DNA of 58,386 bases, counting the filler, from Malassezia furfur (taxonomy: Eukaryota), in assembly GCA_052055015.1 (NCBI GenBank). It is 4 parts of 4 records of this genome, joined end to end, with 100 filler letters (N's around TTAATTAATTAA, not from the genome) between each part and the next. Parts side by side here need not be neighbours in the genome. Positions count along the whole stretch, not along the records: positions 44,019 to 58,386 come from JBQJIT010000289.1; 3 more parts are not named here. One strand, 5' to 3'. Position numbers and translations under genes: made by a program. Position 1 is the first letter of the stretch, and each line of letters opens with the position of its first letter. The notes under the pieces were generated by a model, which saw only the letters and a list, made by a program, of their open reading frames with translations, was not told the origin of the DNA and did not search any database. Positions 52,247 to 58,386 of the stretch are shown in pieces.

Positions 52247-53983
52247 ATGTCCGTTTCGGAGTTGAAAGCGAAGGGCAACGCAAGCTTTGCTGCCAAGGAC
52301 TACAACAGTGCCATCCAGCACTACACTGATGCAATCGCTGCTGCGGAGCAGTCCGGCGAGAAGGATGGGCTGCACGTGCTCTACTCGAACCGCAGTGCGT
52401 CGCAGGCCGGTCTGAAGAACTGGGACGAGGCGCTGAAGGATGCCGAGAAGACCATCGAGACCAACCCGTCGTTTGCCAAGGGCTACGGCCGCAAGGGCAG
52501 TGCGCTGCACGGCGCACACAAGTACGATGAGGCCATCGAGGCGTACAAGATGGGCCTCGAAAAGAACCCCGATGACACCGGACTCAAGCGCGGACTCGAG
52601 GACGTGGAGCGCGCCAAGAGCACGAGCAACCCCGGCGAGTCGATCGGCAAAATGTTCCAGGACCCCCAGATGTTCGAGAAGCTGGGTGCGAACCCCAAAA
52701 CGGCGCCGCTGCTCGCCGACGCTGCGTTCGTGCAGAAGCTCAAGGAGCTGCAAAAGGGCGGCAGCAACCCGATGATGATGATGCAGGACCCGCGCATGAT
52801 CCAGGTGATGGGTGTGCTGATGGGCATCGACCTGCAGGCGTTTGAGCGCCCCGAAGATGTGCCGGGCGCCGCAGCCAAAGAAGCCGCACAGGAGGCCCCC
52901 AAGCCGAAGGCGCCCGAGCCGGCCAAGGAGGCGCCCAAGCAGCCCGAGGTTCCTGAGGAGCCCATGCCGGAGGCTGACAGCGACGAGGCTAAGAACAAGG
53001 CCGCTGCCGATGCGGAGAAGAAGCTTGGCAACGAGCGCTATCTGAAGCGCGACTTTGGCCCCGCCGCTGAGCACTACCAAAAGGCGTGGGAGCTGTACCA
53101 TGACATCACCTACCTGAACAACCTCGGTGCCGTCTATTACGAAGAGGGGCGCTACGAGGACTGCATCAAAGCGTGCGAGAAGGCCGTCCAGGAGGGCCGC
53201 TCGATGCGTGCCGACTACAAGCTCGTTGCCAAGGCGTTTGGTCGTATCGGCTCGGCGTACGTGAAGCTTGACAACCTCGAGGAGGCGATCGAGTATTTCC
53301 AGCGCTCGCTCACCGAGCACCGCACCGCCGAGATTCTCAACAAGCTGCGCGACGCCGAGAAGGAGCAAAAGGAGCGTGCGCGCCAGGCTTACTTGGACCC
53401 TGCCAAGTCGGAGGAGGAGCGCAACCGCGGCAACACGCTGTACAAGGAGGGCGATTTCCCCGGCTCCGTGCAAGCCTACACGGAGGCGATCAAGCGCAAC
53501 CCGTCGGACCCGCGCAACTACACGAACCGTGCCTCGGCGTACACCAAGCTGGCGGCGCTGCCTGAGGCGCTCAAGGACACGAACGAGGCAATCAAGGTGG
53601 ATGACAAGTTTGTCAAGGCGTACATCCGCAAGAGCAATGTGCTGTTTGCCATGAAGGAGTACACCAAGGCACTCGAGGCGATCCAGCTTGCTGCGGACGT
53701 CGACAAGGAGCAGGGCAACTCCAACCAACGCGAGATCCAGGCGCAGAGTGCTAAGTGCATGAACGCGCTCTACTCGCAGCGCTCGAACGAGACCGAGGAG
53801 CAGACGCTCGAGCGTGCGATGCGCGACCCCGAGGTGGCGGGCATCATGCAGGACCCCGTGATGCAGTCCATCCTCCAGCAGGCACAGTCGAACCCCGCGG
53901 CGCTGCAGGACCACATGAAGAACCCGAGCATCCGCGCCAAGATCCAAAAATTGATTGCTGCTGGCATCATCCGGACGCGTTAA
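52247..53983 (+). CDS. STI1: Hsp70/Hsp90 co-chaperone Sti1/HOP
   Basis: TPR1 (LKAKGN..HVLYSNRSA), DP1, TPR2A/B (FQRSLTEHRT, YTEAIKRNP), DP2 (DPVMQSILQQ..KIQKLIAAGII). Confidence 0.97.
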   Translation: MSVSELKAKGNASFAAKDYNSAIQHYTDAIAAAEQSGEKDGLHVLYSNRSASQAGLKNWDEALKDAEKTIETNPSFAKGYGRKGSALHGAHKYDEAIEAYKMGLEKNPDDTGLKRGLEDVERAKSTSNPGESIGKMFQDPQMFEKLGANPKTAPLLADAAFVQKLKELQKGGSNPMMMMQDPRMIQVMGVLMGIDLQAFERPEDVPGAAAKEAAQEAPKPKAPEPAKEAPKQPEVPEEPMPEADSDEAKNKAAADAEKKLGNERYLKRDFGPAAEHYQKAWELYHDITYLNNLGAVYYEEGRYEDCIKACEKAVQEGRSMRADYKLVAKAFGRIGSAYVKLDNLEEAIEYFQRSLTEHRTAEILNKLRDAEKEQKERARQAYLDPAKSEEERNRGNTLYKEGDFPGSVQAYTEAIKRNPSDPRNYTNRASAYTKLAALPEALKDTNEAIKVDDKFVKAYIRKSNVLFAMKEYTKALEAIQLAADVDKEQGNSNQREIQAQSAKCMNALYSQRSNETEEQTLERAMRDPEVAGIMQDPVMQSILQQAQSNPAALQDHMKNPSIRAKIQKLIAAGIIRTR

Positions 53984-54104
53984 TGTACCATAGCCTTATA
54001 GCCGCGTCGCACCACGGCGTCATACCAACTCCCTAGCCGGTCACGATGATACGCGACGCCCGTGCGCTCTGCCGAGCTGTCACGTGCCTTGACTTTTTCG
54101 CAGC

Positions 54105-54743
54105 ATGGCGAGCGGTGCGCGTGGCCGTGGGGGGGCCGGCGGTGGGCGCAGCGCGGCGATGGGCCTGTTCCAGGGCAATGGCCTGGTATACACCGAAGGG
54201 CCCGTCGAAGATGCACAGGAGGACGAGGTCGTGTTCGCGCCTCCGAGCGAGACCGAGCGCACCATGGCGCGGAAGCAGCTTGAGATACTGCGGCGCCAAG
54301 CCGACTCGCCGTACTGGGCACGGCAACCGCCGCTACGTGCGGATGAGCGCGAGCTGCCGCGGTACACGGACCGATACCACCCAGACCGGCTTGCGACAGC
54401 GACGGCCGCGTCGCTACTGGAGCACGCCCCGCTGCACAAGGACATTTTCCCGCCCAACCTCTGGGCGAGCTTCACCAGCACCGAGGCGAAGCGGGTGCGT
54501 CACACGCCGCGGTCACGCCATGCGGCGCAGATTGACTGGGACAATCTGCACGCCGAGGAAAAGCGTGCGGGTGGCGATGGCGAGGAAGAAGATGCGCCCG
54601 AGTCGGACGAGGAGGACCTGGGTGACTACGAGGACGAAGACGAAGACGACTACGCCCAAAACTACTTTGACAACGGCGAGGACGATGACGAGGGCGACCA
54701 CGACGACATGGGAGGTGGCGGCGATGAGGCTGCATTTGATTAA
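54105..54743 (+). CDS. RPC31: RNA polymerase III subunit Rpc31/RPC7
   Basis: RG-rich start, SPYW, RYTDRY, acidic tail DDYAQNYFDNGEDD. Confidence 0.85.
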   Translation: MASGARGRGGAGGGRSAAMGLFQGNGLVYTEGPVEDAQEDEVVFAPPSETERTMARKQLEILRRQADSPYWARQPPLRADERELPRYTDRYHPDRLATATAASLLEHAPLHKDIFPPNLWASFTSTEAKRVRHTPRSRHAAQIDWDNLHAEEKRAGGDGEEEDAPESDEEDLGDYEDEDEDDYAQNYFDNGEDDDEGDHDDMGGGGDEAAFD

Positions 54744-54751
54744 GTGTAGAT

Positions 54752-55351
54752 TTAGCGGATACCAGCGAACCGCGCTACGAGCTGGGTATAGTACCGGAGC
54801 AGGGCATAATGCGTCTGCGCGAGAACGACGCGGGCCGTGGCGGCCCACAGTGCACGGTTGTAATTGCGTAACCGACCCGCGTTGGTCGCGAGCCATGCGC
54901 GGTAAAAAGGGGCGACTTGCTCGAGGGGCGCCTCGCCCACGATGGCGCCCGACGCCGCCTCGTATTCCTCGCGGGCGCGCTGGAAGCGCGCGTTGTTGTC
55001 GGACCAGAACCGCTGGTTGAACTGGTCCAGCCACATGGACTGCAGCCGCGCCTGGAGCTGTGCGGCCTCGAGGCGGTTTCCGAGGCAGTGCACGTACTGC
55101 GCGATTGTACCGTGCGGCACGCTCGAGGTCGGCATGGAAAACTCGGAGAGCGAGTAGGGGTGCGCAGACGTTGCGTGGGTCTCGCCCTGCGGGCGTGTGC
55201 GCGAAGACGGCGCACTCTGGCTGCGCCCAACGCCAAACACTACGGGCCTCAAGTTGGAGAGAGTGTCGGGTGGCCCAACATACATGGGCGGCTGCGACCA
55301 CCGCGAGCGCATTGTGCGGCCGGCGGCGCGGCTCGCGCTCGCAAACGGCAT
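54752..55351 (-). CDS. APOPT1/COA8 (DUF2315) family mitochondrial protein
   Basis: VGPPDTLSNLRPV, NQRFWSDNNARF, VAPFYRAWL..N......YN..LW. Confidence 0.85.
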   Translation of the reverse strand: MPFASASRAAGRTMRSRWSQPPMYVGPPDTLSNLRPVVFGVGRSQSAPSSRTRPQGETHATSAHPYSLSEFSMPTSSVPHGTIAQYVHCLGNRLEAAQLQARLQSMWLDQFNQRFWSDNNARFQRAREEYEAASGAIVGEAPLEQVAPFYRAWLATNAGRLRNYNRALWAATARVVLAQTHYALLRYYTQLVARFAGIR

Positions 55352-55569
55352 CGTGGAGGTGGAGGTGGTCGGCGCGCCCGGATCGCCGTGGACATAGCTG
55401 AGTCAGCAAGCCGCTGTAGCACCGGTTGCGTGGGGCCGGTTGGTCGGTTGTGTTGGGCAAATTGGGCGCACCGAGCGCCGTGCGCGTGAATAGGGGGACG
55501 GAATTAACGCGCTCAAGTGCCCACGCTGGGATCGAGACCCGCAAGTGTGGAGAAGGTGTGCAAGCGACC

Positions 55570-58275
55570 ATGTCGTACCTTGCGCCGCCGGGGTACACCA
55601 AATGGCATCCGGAGGTCCTGGATGAAGGTCGCAATGATCGGTACTCCGTGCAGCCGTTCATGAACCTGGCTCCACGCTCATGGGACGTCCTGCCGCCCAT
55701 TTACGCGGCGCAGGACGAGCGCCACGACCGCGAGTCCAGGAACAAATCGCGCAAGCTCGGTAAGACGTGCGGGGAGTGCCGCCGTCAGCACCTGCGCTGC
55801 GATTACTCAATGCGCGAGGAAGCTGCAGCACTGCAGGCGCAGCGCACGGGCGTGTCGCCCGCGCGTGTGCAGTGCACACGCTGCGAGCACCGTGGCGTGG
55901 ATTGTGTGCAAGTGAGCGTATCCATGTCACGCTACTACCCCCGTCCGAGTCGCACGGGTCGACGCATCGAGCTGGGCCGCCAGCTGCATGGCTCCGCTGT
56001 ATACCCCGACCCCAGTGACGAAGCTGACGACGAACACAAGGACTCATCCGACGACGCCGCCGCGCAACGTGAGCTGTCCTGGCCCCGCATCTACCTTCGT
56101 ATGATCAAGGTGTTTTTTTCCTACACGCATCCGCATTTCCCGCTCATTTCGTATGAGCGGTTCGCACGTGCCTTCAATGCGTCCTACGGCGACCTGAAAG
56201 TCATGGCACAATTCATCAACCAGAGAGACACGGCGGCCGGCGACCGACCGTTCGAGTACTCGGGCCCCCAGCACCTGTCGCTGCAGCGCGGGAACGCCGA
56301 AGAGGAATGCACTCCCGAGACGCTTGAAGTACTCATCGCCGTGATCCTGGCGGCAGCCGCGCGGCATGTACACCTGCCGTTTGAGTCGCTCGACCCCGCC
56401 ATTTTCGCTAAGATGGGCACGACCTCGCTTGTGGATGCCATCCTGGCGGACCCGGAGCTCGGGTACAAGCGCAAGCAACCGCCGGCGGACGTGCGTCAGG
56501 GCACGCCCGCGACCGACACGCCGGTGGGCGGGGCCGAGGGCGGTAAGCGACGCGTCAAGCGGCGGCAGGGCGTCGCGTGCGATACATGCCGCCTGCGTCG
56601 CGTGCGCTGCGACCTGATGGAGCAGCCGCCGGGGAGCAAGGCGTGCTCGCGGTGCCGCGTGAAGCGCATCGTATGCACGGACCGCTATATCCAGTGGAAG
56701 CAACAGCGCGACCTGCAGAAACACGCGGCGGGCCAGGCGGGCAACGCGCGCACGGTGCCGGTCGCCGTGTCGTGCGTGCAGCTTTTGCCGGAGCTGCACG
56801 AGTTCGAGTTTGACGAGATGCTCTCGCCGTCGACACTGAACCTGTCGCAGCAGGAACTGCTCGAGTGCGGTATGGTGCGCGAGAACGTGTGCAATCTGCT
56901 GCTGAACCGGGCGCTGCTGCTGGTGCACAAGTACAATCTGCAACACACATGCAACATGCAGAGTGCACTGTGCCTGCTGCTGCTTGCGACGCTGCTCGAC
57001 TATGCGCGCCCTGAGATGGCGTTCAATGCACAGACCGCGAGCGTGCGCCATCTGCAAGGGATCCAGCCGTACGTGCACATCGACTTTACGGGCATCGAGG
57101 AGCCGCGCATCGCGCACCTGCGCCTATGTGACCTTTTTGCAGCACGCATGCAACTGTGTGCGTGGGTGCACGATGCGGTGCTCAACGTGTCGTACCAGCG
57201 GCGCCCGCAGTTTGCCTACAACTGGTTTCTCGTGGGCGAGCGGTGCCCTGAGGCGCCCACCGGTACGTCGTCGCTGCGTGCGCTGCGCGTGCACGAGCTG
57301 GACAAGTATTTGCGCGACGACCTGCCCGAGATGACTGCCATGGTGCTCGTGTTCAGCTCCACGACGCACCTCGGCCGTATTGCACACCGCATGTACCGCG
57401 ACCTGATTGAGCCGCTCGCCAAACAGACGTCGCTCCTGAGCGAGGCCGATGTGCAGCGCATCACCGACGTGGCGCACTCGCTGTGGGAGGATCTGTATGT
57501 GGTGGAGCGCGCACACCAGTTCCTCGCACGGCGCGCGCGCAACGAGCTGCGTGAGCTGCGCGCGATCAGCATCGTGCACTGGTCGACGATGATGTACAGC
57601 CTCATGTTCATCCTGTACCAGGCCGTGACGCGCTGCCTGCGCGACTGGTTCATCACGAACAACTCGCAGCTCTCGCGTGGCTCGGCCACCGAAGAGGCCC
57701 GTACGCGCGTCCTCGATGCGATCCGCGCCCTCTTCCAAGAAAGCCAGGAGCGCATGCTGTGTATCTGCCGTGCATTTGCATACCTTGCACGCAACCAGCT
57801 CTCGACGGGGCTGCTGCACCGCGCGACGTCGCTGACCCGCCAGCTGTTCCGCGTCGCCCAGTTCCTTGCGCGCTCGCAGCCCGCCGAAAGCGCCGCCAGG
57901 TCGGACGACGCGGCGCACCGCGACGCAGCGGTGCCCGTGCCTGTGCGCCGCGCCGCGCCGGCGGAGCAAGCGGCCGCGCGCGTCGACTTTCTGCTGAACC
58001 CGGCGCAGGCGTCGGGCAGCGATGCGGCACCACGGCACAACGCAGCGATGCCCGCGCCCAGCGAGGACGCTGCACACATGGCGCGCGAGAGCATCTTTGA
58101 TCCGGAGCTGTGCGTAGCAGTCCCGACCACGCGCATGCTCCCGCCCTTTACGCGCGAGCGCAAGCGCGACGAGATCGACGGGTGTATCGAGGCGCTCGGC
58201 CAAGTGGGCTATGCCTACGCAGGACTCGAGACCGAGATTCGGCGCATTGTGGATATCGTGCAGGCGATGAGCTAG
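55570..58275 (+). CDS. Fungal transcription factor with two Zn(II)2Cys6 clusters
   Basis: CGECRRQHLRCD...CTRCEHRGVDC (55768-55905) and CDTCRLRRVRCD...CSRCRVKRIVC (56578-56676); FFSYTHPHFPLIS middle-homology motif. Confidence 0.88.
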   Translation: MSYLAPPGYTKWHPEVLDEGRNDRYSVQPFMNLAPRSWDVLPPIYAAQDERHDRESRNKSRKLGKTCGECRRQHLRCDYSMREEAAALQAQRTGVSPARVQCTRCEHRGVDCVQVSVSMSRYYPRPSRTGRRIELGRQLHGSAVYPDPSDEADDEHKDSSDDAAAQRELSWPRIYLRMIKVFFSYTHPHFPLISYERFARAFNASYGDLKVMAQFINQRDTAAGDRPFEYSGPQHLSLQRGNAEEECTPETLEVLIAVILAAAARHVHLPFESLDPAIFAKMGTTSLVDAILADPELGYKRKQPPADVRQGTPATDTPVGGAEGGKRRVKRRQGVACDTCRLRRVRCDLMEQPPGSKACSRCRVKRIVCTDRYIQWKQQRDLQKHAAGQAGNARTVPVAVSCVQLLPELHEFEFDEMLSPSTLNLSQQELLECGMVRENVCNLLLNRALLLVHKYNLQHTCNMQSALCLLLLATLLDYARPEMAFNAQTASVRHLQGIQPYVHIDFTGIEEPRIAHLRLCDLFAARMQLCAWVHDAVLNVSYQRRPQFAYNWFLVGERCPEAPTGTSSLRALRVHELDKYLRDDLPEMTAMVLVFSSTTHLGRIAHRMYRDLIEPLAKQTSLLSEADVQRITDVAHSLWEDLYVVERAHQFLARRARNELRELRAISIVHWSTMMYSLMFILYQAVTRCLRDWFITNNSQLSRGSATEEARTRVLDAIRALFQESQERMLCICRAFAYLARNQLSTGLLHRATSLTRQLFRVAQFLARSQPAESAARSDDAAHRDAAVPVPVRRAAPAEQAAARVDFLLNPAQASGSDAAPRHNAAMPAPSEDAAHMARESIFDPELCVAVPTTRMLPPFTRERKRDEIDGCIEALGQVGYAYAGLETEIRRIVDIVQAMS

Positions 58276-58386
58276 TGGCCTACGGACGTGTCGCGCAGCA
58301 GGCCATCGGCGAGCGTGCGCGCGGCCATGTGCAGGAACGGCGCCTGCGCACGGGCCTCGGTGAGCGCGTCGGGCTGGCGGTGAGCA
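58272..58386 (-). CDS. 3' end of an unidentified gene entering from the right
   Basis: Open frame AHRQPDALTEARAQAPFLHMAARTLADGLLRDTSVGH* ending at TAG 58274-58272. Confidence 0.45.
   Translation of the reverse strand, partial: AHRQPDALTEARAQAPFLHMAARTLADGLLRDTSVGH

Noticed and set aside
52019..53947. Long antisense ORFs (also 3843-5402, 7349-9007, 12868-14568, 14947-16248, 18729-20144)
   Set aside because: Shadow frames caused by high GC3 codon bias opposite real genes; no recognisable domains

Overview
Eukaryotic, GC-rich, extremely gene-dense fungal DNA, by inference a Malassezia yeast (M. furfur-like). Four contigs are joined by artificial 100-nt spacers (N44-TTAATTAATTAA-N44). Contig 1 (1-14586) has PRP24-like, a vWA protein, CUL1, ARV1, PHO88, ARC40, SAS10, FCF2 and EPL1. 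Contigs 2 (14687-29255) and 3 (29356-43918) are two collinear, clearly diverged copies of one ~14.6-kb locus: IMPDH with an intronic snR54-like snoRNA, RVB1, VFA1, HEM12, a membrane protein, a LIM-binding protein, RPB3, a GT15 mannosyltransferase, EAF7, ARS2 and CBP80. They are best explained as two homeologous haplotypes of a hybrid/heterozygous strain. Contig 4 (44019-58386) has UTP5, an Rsc58/BRD7-like gene, STS1, UPS2-like, RNA14, ZNF830-like, STI1, RPC31, COA8-like and a double Zn2Cys6 factor. Notable signals: about 41 spliceosomal introns of only 20-34 nt; convergent genes sharing their stop codons; co-directional genes 18-40 nt apart; two recurrent intergenic motifs (CACGTG and TGCTGACTMA); and an unexplained, heavily structured region upstream of EPL1 with an AUGA-coupled uORF and an outlier hairpin-containing intron. 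Gene models and folds were derived by eye.
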